Of a stretch of 34,453 bases of DNA, positions 1 to 8,703 are shown piece after piece. The DNA is from a virus, in the IMG/VR virus record IMGVR_UViG_3300017991_000049, positions 192,001 through 226,453 of that record. One strand, given 5' to 3'. The translations under genes were made by a program, and so were the position numbers. A model generated the notes under the pieces. That model was not told the origin of the DNA and did not search any database. It saw only the letters and a program-made list of their open reading frames with translations. Numbering within the stretch: the first letter of the stretch is position 1; every line of letters begins with the position of its first letter.

Positions 1-2321
1 CTCACGATAAACGAACGGATAGGCCATGTGTAACGCTCGCCCAGAATCTTGCGGTAGTCGTCTTCTCTTCGCTTGCTGATGTTCTGGAGTGGCGGCCTAG
101 CCGATGATGCACGACCTGTTTCCTTCACTTGCTGGAAGGAACTACGCACACGCGAGTCATGGCAGGCATACTTTGCGATGCCTCCCCCGTAGATCCTCCG
201 GCCAAGTTCGTCCAGTTGCAATTGGTTCTTAACCATTTTTGGCGGACGAAAGACCGATTTAAGGACCTGGTCGATCAAGCGCACATTCCGTAGTTGGCGT
301 GCAAAAGCATGCTGTGCTCCGAGGATTCCACAGACTTCTTTATCGGTAGATGGTGCCCATTGGTCCTGCTCTCCGCGAGACTCCACCCATGCCCACGGCT
401 TACCCTTGCCCGTCGTCTTGATGGGCTTGAGGTTCAGCGTGAGCGCGCCTTTCGGACGTACGCTGACGCGCTCGCCCGTTGTCTTGTCGCGCTTGGTGGA
501 ATACTTCTCGCCGAACAGGAACTCGACGCACTGTTGGCTGCTGCGCGGGTTGAAGCCCGGCCAGTTGATGTCCTGGCGCAGCTTCTCCAAGTGCTCGACG
601 CTGATCGACTGGAAGAGGTCCGTTAGCGCATCCACGCGCTCCAGATCTATCTTCACCCCTTCCATACCCATCTCGCAGAAAGCCGGGAAGGCCATCATGG
701 AGATGTGGAACGGGACCCAGCAGTCATTGCCGAAGCGGTCGCCATCGAGCAGCTTGCAGTGCACGTCCATGAGCTGACGCGTGTAGGCAGCGTCCTTGCC
801 GCCATACGGGATGAGGATCTCGTCGGGACACTCGCCGTATCCTTCCAGCTCCTCATCCTTCATCTTGTGTTCGTGTAGGTAGTTACGCTTCCACTCCTGT
901 AGCTTGACGTCCCAGCGATCTGCACCGCAGAGCCGTGTTGCCATGACCTCCAGCTTGAAATCACCGGTCTCGTTGTACGCGTGGTGCGCCAACGCCACGT
1001 CGAAGCCGCCGGCGTAGTCACCGCCACGGATGTCCTCGACGTTCTCGGGCACACGGAATCGGTGCGCGATCTTCAAACCGTTGTATTCCAACCACGGAAG
1101 GTCGGCGGAGAAGAAGCTTCCGCCGATCTGCACATCGTCACGATCGAGCAGCCTGTTAAGCTGGTTGATCGCTGACTGGATGCCGGGACGGAACGCGTGC
1201 GCGCCGCCCTGGTTGCGCAGAACGATGACGGCGGCGTATTCGCCGTGGTGGCTGATCTGGATGGTACGCAGGTACGAGCCGGGCTCGCCTGGGTGCTGTC
1301 CGTGCCACTCGCCGTCGACTCCGATCTTCTTGATCCCAGGCTGTGCCAGAATGTAGTCGACCAGCTCAGCCAGGTCACGCTCTTTGTAGAACGTCTGGAT
1401 CGTAATCGTTTCGTCGGAACTTGCCGTGAACTCTTCGCCGCGAATCAACTTCGTGAAGTTGCGGCATGTCGCCTCAAACTGCGGATACAGCTCAGTCGTC
1501 CTGAGCACTGCCGCCGGATGGACTACCGCCATTACCTTAGGCTTATGGATTATGGGCGCCTGGCCCGCCTCGTCCTGCAGCGGCACATCGATCTCGATGT
1601 AGCGGCCGATCATGTTACTGACGGTATGGCCTGGGCCACATACGGCCTTGGTAGCTTCTGCTCCAAGGCACAGGATGTAGTCCGGCCGTACCAGACGCAG
1701 CTCCTGATGCAGCAGCGGCAGGCAGTCTTTGATCCATGCCTGCGGCAGCGCCGAGCTGTTAGAACTGAACTGCTGCCAGCGCACGAGATTGGTGACATAC
1801 CAGTCGTCCATCTCAGTGGTAGACAAGCCATGCCGCTCGAACGTCTCGCGCAGCTGGCATCCTGAGGGCCCAACGAAGTTGCGCCCTGCTGTTGTCTCCT
1901 CCATACCAGGCATCTTGCCAACGATCATCACGCGCGGCACATTGTGCTTCTGCACGTATTCGTCGTCGAGATACTTGGGACCATCAGCGGGACCGCCCCA
2001 CAGGTGGCCAGGCACGATGCGTACAGTCTCCTGCCGGCCCTTCAAATTGACGGGCAGGTCGAAGTCGTTGCTGTACAGGCACCGCAGGTAAAGGCACTGC
2101 AACATGAACCCGACGGATACGACACGTTTGTCCTTGCCGGTGCCCTCTGTCTGCACCGGATTGTCGTCACCGAGGGCACGTGCGTGCTCCACGAAGTTCA
2201 CGCCCGCAGGCGGCATACCCGGTGCTATCAACGGATACATCGCATAGCGCTGCGCGAACGAGTTGTTTGGGTCGCCCCGGAAGATCGCTTCCAGGTCGTC
2301 CACAGAAAGTTCAGGAATCAT
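1..2321 (-). CDS. Family A DNA polymerase (PolA-like), partial: N-terminal UDG-like domain + 3'-5' exonuclease + start of polymerase domain; C-terminus lies beyond window start
   Basis: Manual minus-strand translation is open from the ATG at 2321-2319 down to position 1. The ORF track omits it because there is no stop in the window. N-terminus has VMIVGKMPGMEETTAGRNFVGPSGCQL and VVHPAAV, resembling UDG family-4 motifs. Exo I-like motif IGVDGEWHG. Pol domain motif KETGRASSARPPLQNISKR resembles Klenow TATGRLSS-PNLQNIP. Third-position GC is ~85%. ATGA overlap with the primase stop. Confidence 0.85.
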   Translation of the reverse strand, partial: MIPELSVDDLEAIFRGDPNNSFAQRYAMYPLIAPGMPPAGVNFVEHARALGDDNPVQTEGTGKDKRVVSVGFMLQCLYLRCLYSNDFDLPVNLKGRQETVRIVPGHLWGGPADGPKYLDDEYVQKHNVPRVMIVGKMPGMEETTAGRNFVGPSGCQLRETFERHGLSTTEMDDWYVTNLVRWQQFSSNSSALPQAWIKDCLPLLHQELRLVRPDYILCLGAEATKAVCGPGHTVSNMIGRYIEIDVPLQDEAGQAPIIHKPKVMAVVHPAAVLRTTELYPQFEATCRNFTKLIRGEEFTASSDETITIQTFYKERDLAELVDYILAQPGIKKIGVDGEWHGQHPGEPGSYLRTIQISHHGEYAAVIVLRNQGGAHAFRPGIQSAINQLNRLLDRDDVQIGGSFFSADLPWLEYNGLKIAHRFRVPENVEDIRGGDYAGGFDVALAHHAYNETGDFKLEVMATRLCGADRWDVKLQEWKRNYLHEHKMKDEELEGYGECPDEILIPYGGKDAAYTRQLMDVHCKLLDGDRFGNDCWVPFHISMMAFPAFCEMGMEGVKIDLERVDALTDLFQSISVEHLEKLRQDINWPGFNPRSSQQCVEFLFGEKYSTKRDKTTGERVSVRPKGALTLNLKPIKTTGKGKPWAWVESRGEQDQWAPSTDKEVCGILGAQHAFARQLRNVRLIDQVLKSVFRPPKMVKNQLQLDELGRRIYGGGIAKYACHDSRVRSSFQQVKETGRASSARPPLQNISKRREDDYRKILGERYTWPIRSFIV

Positions 2322-3472
2322 AGATTGAGAAGGTCGACACCTGCTTGGGTGGCGCTCCAGTGAACAAGGTCCCAGAAATACTCCGAATCGATTGACGCGG
2401 GATCCAATCCGTCAGGCAATCGCACGTTGACTACGCGTCCCTGCATATTGCAGTCGCGCTCCAACATGTCTTGTACTTTGACGGCCCGGTCTTGGGCATC
2501 GGCGTCAAGCACGATTACTGCAACTTGCCAGTTGCTACCGATCAGCATGCCCTGTGATGGTGCCATCGTCTTGCCGAGGATCGAAAGCGCCCCGTCGCCG
2601 ATAGCCCACACGTCGGTTACGCCCTCTGCTACAAAGCAGAATGGTGACACCTTGGCGCGGTCAAACCCGTACAACATCAACCGCTTGTTAGTACGCGGAC
2701 AGTTGTAATACTTGGGCTGTCCGGTCAATTTCCAGTCAGTATCGTACGGCGGGCGAGCCTGCCAGCTGACCATTGAGCCGTGCATGTAGATCGGGATGAT
2801 CAACTTGCCGGCCACTATAGGATTGGTCACAGACTCGTGGCAGAACGATACGTCGTACAGTTCGCCCAGCATCTGTGGATCCATGTGCCTGCTCAACAGG
2901 TACTGACACGCTTGATGCGACATTGGCAGCTCGTCGATGCGCTGGCAATAGCCAGGAAACTCTACGACACCTAGCGCCGTAGTCTCAGTAGTGCCCTGTC
3001 GTATCTTGATGCGCTCGCCATGCAGCTCGCGGCCGATGCCGCCGTACAGCATGTTGCGCAACGTCTTCTGATTCGTCGGATCCTCGAGACAGTTCTCGTT
3101 GTAGCACACTGCCATGCGCCAGAACCGGTCTGACGGATCGTGGCACGGCATGTCGGGGTCTAGGCCTACGCCCCAGCGATGGTTGATCCACAGGCGATGG
3201 CGCGTGTCGACCGCATTGCGTTGAATGCAGAACGGGCAGCAGACACGGTAATACTCACCAGAGCTCAACGGCTTATAGCGGTTGTAGCCGTGCTCAAATA
3301 CACAGCCGCCGCCGAACATAGCCTCGCCCTGCTTCGCGATGATCACGCTATCAAACCTACGCTGTAGGCGTTCATATAGCAGCGGATTGAGCACGGAGCC
3401 GGGACTGCCCGTCTCGTCGTACTGCTCCGCTACAACTTTATGCCGCCCTAGTGGGGCTCCTGTATCTGGCAT
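2318..3472 (-). CDS. DNA primase (zinc-finger + TOPRIM, DnaG/T7 gp4-like)
   Basis: Cys cluster VCCPFC...VCYNENC. TOPRIM motifs AEGVTDVWAIGDG (E-G-x-x-D) and IVLDADAQDR (DxD). Stop/start overlap with the helicase upstream (TGATG) and PolA downstream (ATGA). Confidence 0.8.
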   Translation of the reverse strand: MPDTGAPLGRHKVVAEQYDETGSPGSVLNPLLYERLQRRFDSVIIAKQGEAMFGGGCVFEHGYNRYKPLSSGEYYRVCCPFCIQRNAVDTRHRLWINHRWGVGLDPDMPCHDPSDRFWRMAVCYNENCLEDPTNQKTLRNMLYGGIGRELHGERIKIRQGTTETTALGVVEFPGYCQRIDELPMSHQACQYLLSRHMDPQMLGELYDVSFCHESVTNPIVAGKLIIPIYMHGSMVSWQARPPYDTDWKLTGQPKYYNCPRTNKRLMLYGFDRAKVSPFCFVAEGVTDVWAIGDGALSILGKTMAPSQGMLIGSNWQVAVIVLDADAQDRAVKVQDMLERDCNMQGRVVNVRLPDGLDPASIDSEYFWDLVHWSATQAGVDLLNL

Positions 3473-5100
3473 CAGTCCACGTTTACGGTCTGGTGTTGTC
3501 TCGAGATATTCGAATGCACGCGCGCTAGGTCCGATCGCGGAGTCAGGCGGCGTGTTACTTCATCGACTTCAAAGTGTTTGGCGACGTCGACCATGCGACA
3601 TACCGCGCCGTCGATCTTGAGTATCGTAGGTGGGGGCGTCTCGCCGTGTCGTGTCTTGGTCGCGCCGAACTGACACACGTTATGCTCCTGGTCCTTGTTT
3701 CCGATCACGAACGCGTACCAGGCGTGGTCTGCAAATGCGGCACACCACTGTGTCTCCGAATGGTGTGGCATCTTGGCCGGTGGTCGGTTGGTCAGACTAC
3801 TCTTTAGCTGGTGTGGTATCCAGACGCAGCAGTTGAGCGGCCCAGCAATCTCACGCTTCGCGCGGTTGACTAGGTTCTGCAGCTCCAACGTCATCTGGCC
3901 GCCGTCCATCTGGCCCTTCGTGGCCATCAGGTAGTTGGCGACGAGATCACCAGCCCAGTCGAGCACGACCATCTTGATTGGCATACCGCGGTCTTCCTGG
4001 ATAGCGATCAGCTTCTGCTTGACCTCGGTGACATGGCCACGACCACCAACCTTCGGGTCGTTGAAGTCCACGAGCACCAGATGCTTGTCCATCCACGGCC
4101 GGTTCTGCTCGATGCGCTCCAGCTCGCCTAGCTGCTCCTCGGGGTTACCCTGGCGCTGGTACATCCGCTGCTCGTACTCCTCCAGCCGGCCAACACGGCT
4201 CAGCTCAGTGTCGGAGGTCATGTCGCGCAGGCGGTCTTTGAGTATCCTGGCGCTGTACGAGACCGAGCGGACCTGCAGCATGCGGCGGCCGTCCTCGTAG
4301 CTTACGAAGACAACCAGGCCTGGATCACCGTCAGTACCACGGCGCGCCAGCTGACCCTGTAGCCGTGCGGTAGAGCACGCTAACTGCATAGACAACGTGG
4401 TCTTGCCGCCACCGGTAGGTCCGATGATGACGTTGCAGTCACCAGGCTCGCTGCCGCCGCCCATGATATTGTCAACGAAGTCGACGCCAGTGGGCCACTT
4501 AGGGCGTGCCGTCTGTGCCCACGACGTAGGCACAGTAATACGCTCGTCCTCGGCCTTACCGATCGACTCGATGTCTTGGATACGCGCCTGCGCCTTCTCG
4601 ACCAGCTTGGGGAGGTTGATGACGCGATGGCCGACAGCATTAGTGACTGCCCGCCGAAGCTCTTCCTCTGGTCCCCGATCGATCAGGATGGCGCGCAAGA
4701 CCTTCTTGGCCTCGTGCGGCTCCTCGCAGCCAGGCGGGTTGGTCGTACGGTTGTACGCGAACGACAATAGATCCTGCGCGTTCTCCAGCAGCTGCGCGCC
4801 CGTCGTCGGGTCGGCGAGTGCCAGCGGATCGGTCTCGATCTTGCTGGCTACACGTGCGCTGATCGCTTCGAGCTTAGGCATCACGCCGTGCTCGTCGTAG
4901 AAAGCCTTCATCTCCGCCCAGATGTGCCGATAGGCAGTTTCACTGGGCTTAGACAACATGTCTGGATCCAGCTCTGCATAACACAGATTGAATATCACCG
5001 GATCCCAGATGACATGCATCAGCAAAAGCTCTATGAAGCCAGGTCGGACCTCTAGCGGCTTATCCGCAACGGCCGTACCCATTTGTGCTGTCATTTCCAT
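3472..5100 (-). CDS. DnaB-like replicative helicase (RecA-fold ATPase)
   Basis: Walker A IIGPTGGGKTTLSMQLA, Walker B-like MVVLDWAGD, downstream HQLKSS. Directly upstream of and translationally coupled to the primase. The ORF-track start at 5121 is TTG. The ATG at 5100 (MEMTAQ...) is preferred because it follows an AAGGAA SD. Confidence 0.65.
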   Translation of the reverse strand: MEMTAQMGTAVADKPLEVRPGFIELLLMHVIWDPVIFNLCYAELDPDMLSKPSETAYRHIWAEMKAFYDEHGVMPKLEAISARVASKIETDPLALADPTTGAQLLENAQDLLSFAYNRTTNPPGCEEPHEAKKVLRAILIDRGPEEELRRAVTNAVGHRVINLPKLVEKAQARIQDIESIGKAEDERITVPTSWAQTARPKWPTGVDFVDNIMGGGSEPGDCNVIIGPTGGGKTTLSMQLACSTARLQGQLARRGTDGDPGLVVFVSYEDGRRMLQVRSVSYSARILKDRLRDMTSDTELSRVGRLEEYEQRMYQRQGNPEEQLGELERIEQNRPWMDKHLVLVDFNDPKVGGRGHVTEVKQKLIAIQEDRGMPIKMVVLDWAGDLVANYLMATKGQMDGGQMTLELQNLVNRAKREIAGPLNCCVWIPHQLKSSLTNRPPAKMPHHSETQWCAAFADHAWYAFVIGNKDQEHNVCQFGATKTRHGETPPPTILKIDGAVCRMVDVAKHFEVDEVTRRLTPRSDLARVHSNISRQHQTVNVD

Positions 5101-5110
5101 TGATCGTTCC

Positions 5111-5812
5111 TTAGGGGGCAAACATTAGGATGCCTGTAGCCTCGTCTTTCAGTACCTTCGGTATCATGGCACCCCACGTCCGGCTGTAGCCTATCGGGTC
5201 CATCAAGAACTGCGTCAAAGCAGCAGCCCTATGCGCACGCTCTGCCTCGTGCAACTGCTCCGAATGTGCAATGCAGTATCGGTACAGCGCGGGCAGCTCG
5301 TACATTTTGTTCATGAGAACAAAATTCCAAAGCTGCTGGTCCGTGTAGTCAGGGAAGGCGTTAGCTGCCTCGCCCACACAGCATTCGAACTCCAGCTGGT
5401 ATGACTGCAGTGCTTGCAGCATGCTGTTGTCGGCACGCTTGTTGTAATCCAGGTAGCGCTTCAACGCCTTCGGACCCTTGAACGTCGTCGGGTTTGGTGC
5501 TACCGAAAGCGTCTCGTCCGCCGGCACGCTGTATCTGTACTGGACGTGGATGAACCGCTCGAAATTGCTGATGTCTGCCCGTATCAGCGTCCGTGCGAGG
5601 TCCATCCAGACAGGCGTAACATGCCGCGGGCGCGACATTGCCACTGACTGGCCGTCGACTTGCATCTCGCGCACTTGGCGCTCGCGCATATTGGCCAAAG
5701 CCAGCCGATGCGCAGCAATGTACGTCGGGTCTTGTACTGTCGGCAGCTCTTCGGCCTCCTCAGGTGGAGGAGCCTGCATCTGCGCAGCACGTGGTGGATT
5801 AGAATCCGGCAC
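5111..5812 (-). CDS. hypothetical protein (possible helicase-associated factor)
   Basis: 233-aa ORF between the two helicases. GTG start at 5812 preceded by GAGGA. No recognisable motifs. Confidence 0.5.
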   Translation of the reverse strand: MPDSNPPRAAQMQAPPPEEAEELPTVQDPTYIAAHRLALANMRERQVREMQVDGQSVAMSRPRHVTPVWMDLARTLIRADISNFERFIHVQYRYSVPADETLSVAPNPTTFKGPKALKRYLDYNKRADNSMLQALQSYQLEFECCVGEAANAFPDYTDQQLWNFVLMNKMYELPALYRYCIAHSEQLHEAERAHRAAALTQFLMDPIGYSRTWGAMIPKVLKDEATGILMFAP

Positions 5813-7340
5813 GTCTCGTCCTCATTCCTGGTTGCCAGACCTCGCCGTTAGCGAGCATCTGTGTCCATCCGCGTTTGTGGTATGCCCGCCGCCGATTCAT
5901 GGTGCGGTTCTGGAACTTACTGTCCCAGATGTCGTTCAGATCGATCAGGATGCCAGCTTCCTTACCCGTCTTCGGGTCAACGCGGCATACACGTCCCGGG
6001 ATCTGTACATTGAAGGTATCGCTGTCACCGCCGTCGCCGCGGATCAGCACGTTCAACGAGTCGAAGCTGACGCCCGTGGACCACACGCCGGTGGCTATCA
6101 CGCACATCAGTTCGCGGCGCTCGAATTGCTGTCCGAGCATCACACGCCGCTCTGGCGTCATCAGCTCTTCCGGCGTCAGCAATCCCTGGCGCACATAGCG
6201 CGCGTGCTTGACGCTATCCACAGCGCCTTCAGAGTAGCACAGTGACGCCTCGGGCATTAGCTGCCGCAGATTCAGCGCATGGTCGACTGTGTCCACCAGG
6301 ATCAACACTTGCTGCTGATCCTGTAAGAACGAGCGCGCCGCCTCGACGATCACCTGGTTGCGCCACTGGTTGCGCCAGATGCCATTGCGCTTCTGTGCAA
6401 CCAGCTGCTGCAGGTTCTCGATCGGGTTGATTCCGCCACAGTCGACATCGAGCCACTGGACGTAGACGTGCGACACCAGCCCGCACTCCTCTGCTTGCTG
6501 CTGCGTCATCTGGAAGATACGTGGACCGAAGATGCCCTCCATACGATGGTGGGCGTTGTCCAGACGCATATCCGGCGTGGCAGTGAAGCAGTAGTTACGC
6601 GAGCGCCAGTATTGGCCGAGACGCTCAGCGAGTCTGTCGGTCATCAGCTCGTGAGCCTCATCGGCCAACAAGATGTCGGCGTCGAAGTCCGAGTGGTGCA
6701 GGCTGTCCGCCGTATACACGGTGACGCGCCGATTCTTGTCCTTCTTACCGCCGCCGACCATACCTACGCTGGGAACCCAACGCGTCAGCAGATTCTTGAT
6801 ACGCGTGACCACGTCCTTACGCTTCGTGACGATATCGATCTTCGCGTGTGGATACATGCACGCTACCATTGCCATCACATGCGTCTTACCGAAGGCCGGG
6901 GGCGCGTCGATGAGGCCGCAGTCGTGCATGTCGATCTGCGCGAGGCATTGATCCTGCATCGGTCGTAGCTCAAAGCGCTCGAAGATGCGGTCCCAGTTGG
7001 CCGTGTAGACCTTTTCGGGCTTAGGTTCGTCGTTGTCGACGAAGACCACCTGATAGCCCATTCCAACAAGCAGATCCCGTATTCTGGGATAGAAACCCTT
7101 CTGACAGACGAAACGGCCTTTCGTGTCGTACTGGAAGAGCCTACGCTGCTCGTGCGTGATGTTGTGGCGCCCGCCCGAGAATCGGTCATAGGAGCCAGCA
7201 CCACCGTACTGAAACTTGTTGTGCGTGTAGAATAGCGGCTTTTCGAGGGTGCCGTAGTCGCCGGCTGGCAGCGGCCGAGTGCCGTCTGCGGATACCTCTA
7301 TGAAGGGGCCACCCTTCTTCACGATAGCCTGTTTACCCAT
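5799..7340 (-). CDS. SF2 DEAH-box helicase (UvsW/ResIII-like)
   Basis: Walker A DAPPAFGKTHVMAMVA, DEAH box LLADEAHELMTD, TAT-like FTATPD, and C-terminal helicase motifs. ATG at 7340. Confidence 0.8.
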   Translation of the reverse strand: MGKQAIVKKGGPFIEVSADGTRPLPAGDYGTLEKPLFYTHNKFQYGGAGSYDRFSGGRHNITHEQRRLFQYDTKGRFVCQKGFYPRIRDLLVGMGYQVVFVDNDEPKPEKVYTANWDRIFERFELRPMQDQCLAQIDMHDCGLIDAPPAFGKTHVMAMVACMYPHAKIDIVTKRKDVVTRIKNLLTRWVPSVGMVGGGKKDKNRRVTVYTADSLHHSDFDADILLADEAHELMTDRLAERLGQYWRSRNYCFTATPDMRLDNAHHRMEGIFGPRIFQMTQQQAEECGLVSHVYVQWLDVDCGGINPIENLQQLVAQKRNGIWRNQWRNQVIVEAARSFLQDQQQVLILVDTVDHALNLRQLMPEASLCYSEGAVDSVKHARYVRQGLLTPEELMTPERRVMLGQQFERRELMCVIATGVWSTGVSFDSLNVLIRGDGGDSDTFNVQIPGRVCRVDPKTGKEAGILIDLNDIWDSKFQNRTMNRRRAYHKRGWTQMLANGEVWQPGMRTRRAGF

Positions 7341-7360
7341 TTTTACCCGTAGTGCTGGTA

Positions 7361-7389
7361 TTGACAGCGGACGTACGGGGAGATAGGAT
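7361..7389 (+). promoter_or_regulatory. sigma70-like promoter TTGACA-N17-TAGGAT (plus strand)
   Basis: Perfect -35 TTGACA at 7361-7366, 17-nt spacer, -10 TAGGAT at 7384-7389. Lies in an otherwise minus-strand intergenic region. Confidence 0.5.
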
Positions 7390-7395
7390 CAGACA

Positions 7396-7475
7396 ATTGA
7401 ACCGCCTGACCGACCATATCCCCGTGTGGTCGCGAATCACTTGGAGCCCCGTTCCCGCGGGGCTCCTTTTTTGTT
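7396..7475 (+). ncRNA. candidate small RNA (~80 nt), cis-antisense to the 5' leader of the SF2 helicase operon
   Basis: Predicted from the plus-strand promoter (TSS ~7396) and the plus-strand intrinsic terminator ending ~7474. No coding potential consistent with the genome. Confidence 0.35.
7443..7474 (+). terminator. Rho-independent terminator (plus strand)
   Basis: GGAGCCCCG-ttcccg-CGGGGCTCC: 9-bp perfect GC-rich stem with a 6-nt loop, followed by TTTTTTGTTTG. The opposite strand has no U tract after the hairpin, so it is strand-specific. Confidence 0.65.
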
Positions 7476-7561
7476 TGTATGCCGGCGAGCGCCGGTCTTT
7501 CGACAACAAGAGCCGCATGACGCACACGCGTCACACGGCCGCAGCGCTGTCCAGTTTAGGC

Positions 7562-7590
7562 ATCCTAGCTCTCCACAAGATGGCTGTCAA
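7562..7590 (-). promoter_or_regulatory. sigma70-like promoter TTGACA-N17-TAGGAT (minus strand) driving the helicase-to-polymerase operon
   Basis: On the minus strand: TTGACA (plus 7590-7585), 17-nt spacer, TAGGAT (plus 7567-7562). Hexamers are identical to the plus-strand promoter 200 bp away. The two promoters are convergent. Confidence 0.5.
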
Positions 7591-7668
7591 CGGCGGTCTT
7601 GGCGGTATGCACTGGTTCCTACATTTTGTACCGCGCACGGCTGGAATACACCATATATGCGGGTCAAA

Positions 7669-8703
7669 TCAGATCATGTTTGTTGCGATCTGGTGCAGCT
7701 CGTACGCTGCCTTCTCCGTCTGGTGATGGAAGAAGTCCGTCGGACGGAATAGCGGGCACTGCTGCTCAGGTGTCGCAGCGGATTCACGATACAGCTCGCT
7801 CAGCCACGTGTGGCGGAGGAACGCGATAAACCGCTGCGAGCCCCGCAAATCAGCCATGACTGGATCGCCCTCGGGCGCGTTCGGATCGCCTAGGCCAAGC
7901 TTGCGGCCCCATGTCCTCCAGCAGAAATCCCACGGGGCCATGCCCACCAGGTCGCTGCCCTCGACAGGATGCGGCGCGCCAAGCTCATAGCGATAGCGCA
8001 CCTTCTGCTCGGCTGCTCTGTTCTTCCAGCAGTTCAGCACGACCTTGCAGCGTTTGTGGTGCCGCCACGGTTCGCGTGTGCCGTACACGCCGGCCTGCGT
8101 TCGTGGGTTCAAGCCCAGCCACGCTTCCAGCTTGCCGAGACGATCTGGTGCGCACTGGTCTATGTACCAGCGCGGGTCCAGTATGTACGACAGCAGTCCT
8201 GCCACCGACAGTTTGTTGAGTGACTGGATGAACGATAGCGGACGCCACGCAGGATGGCCACGCAGCAGCTGCAAGACATCCACCTCAACTTCTTCGCCGT
8301 GGAGCACACTCTTCGACAGTGCGACTGCCAGGGCATAGGAGCGATAGTCGGACTCGACGACTTCGTGGAAACCACCCAAGCTGGGCGCTCGTGTGAAATC
8401 CCGCATAGCCAACAACATAGCTTCGGGGTTACGGCGATGCTTTTCAATACGCCCGACCAATGGCGTGCATACCTGCACGCTTTGCAGCTTGTCTTTCTGT
8501 TTGAGGTCGTACAACTGCGTGATCAATCTGGCGTTAGCGCACGTGCCTACTAACTGCACGCTATCCGCGCGCGTGAAGGCAGCGCTCTCGAGAAACGCTT
8601 CTGGAGACTCGCCAGAGCATCGCGTGGCGTAGTCTCCGTCGGCATACCAGATCTTTCCGCAGTGCGTATGCAGTTTCATTGTCAATGTGTCGATCGCTCT
8701 CAT
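7669..8703 (-). CDS. hypothetical protein, translationally coupled to sbcC
   Basis: 344-aa ORF. Its ATG at 8703 overlaps the SbcC stop (ATGA). No recognisable motifs. Confidence 0.5.
   Translation of the reverse strand: MRAIDTLTMKLHTHCGKIWYADGDYATRCSGESPEAFLESAAFTRADSVQLVGTCANARLITQLYDLKQKDKLQSVQVCTPLVGRIEKHRRNPEAMLLAMRDFTRAPSLGGFHEVVESDYRSYALAVALSKSVLHGEEVEVDVLQLLRGHPAWRPLSFIQSLNKLSVAGLLSYILDPRWYIDQCAPDRLGKLEAWLGLNPRTQAGVYGTREPWRHHKRCKVVLNCWKNRAAEQKVRYRYELGAPHPVEGSDLVGMAPWDFCWRTWGRKLGLGDPNAPEGDPVMADLRGSQRFIAFLRHTWLSELYRESAATPEQQCPLFRPTDFFHHQTEKAAYELHQIATNMI

Noticed and set aside
294-2363. Seven plus-strand ORFs of 64-222 aa from the ORF track
   Set aside because: They are shadow ORFs antisense to the long minus-strand PolA reading frame. 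That frame runs open from 2321 to the window edge, carries clear polymerase and exonuclease motifs and has ~85% third-position GC. It was not listed only because it has no stop inside the window.
7352-7752. Plus-strand ORFs 7352-7726 and 7426-7752 in the helicase-upstream intergenic region
   Set aside because: They span two promoters and an intrinsic terminator and have no SD. The region is better explained as regulatory or sRNA-encoding.
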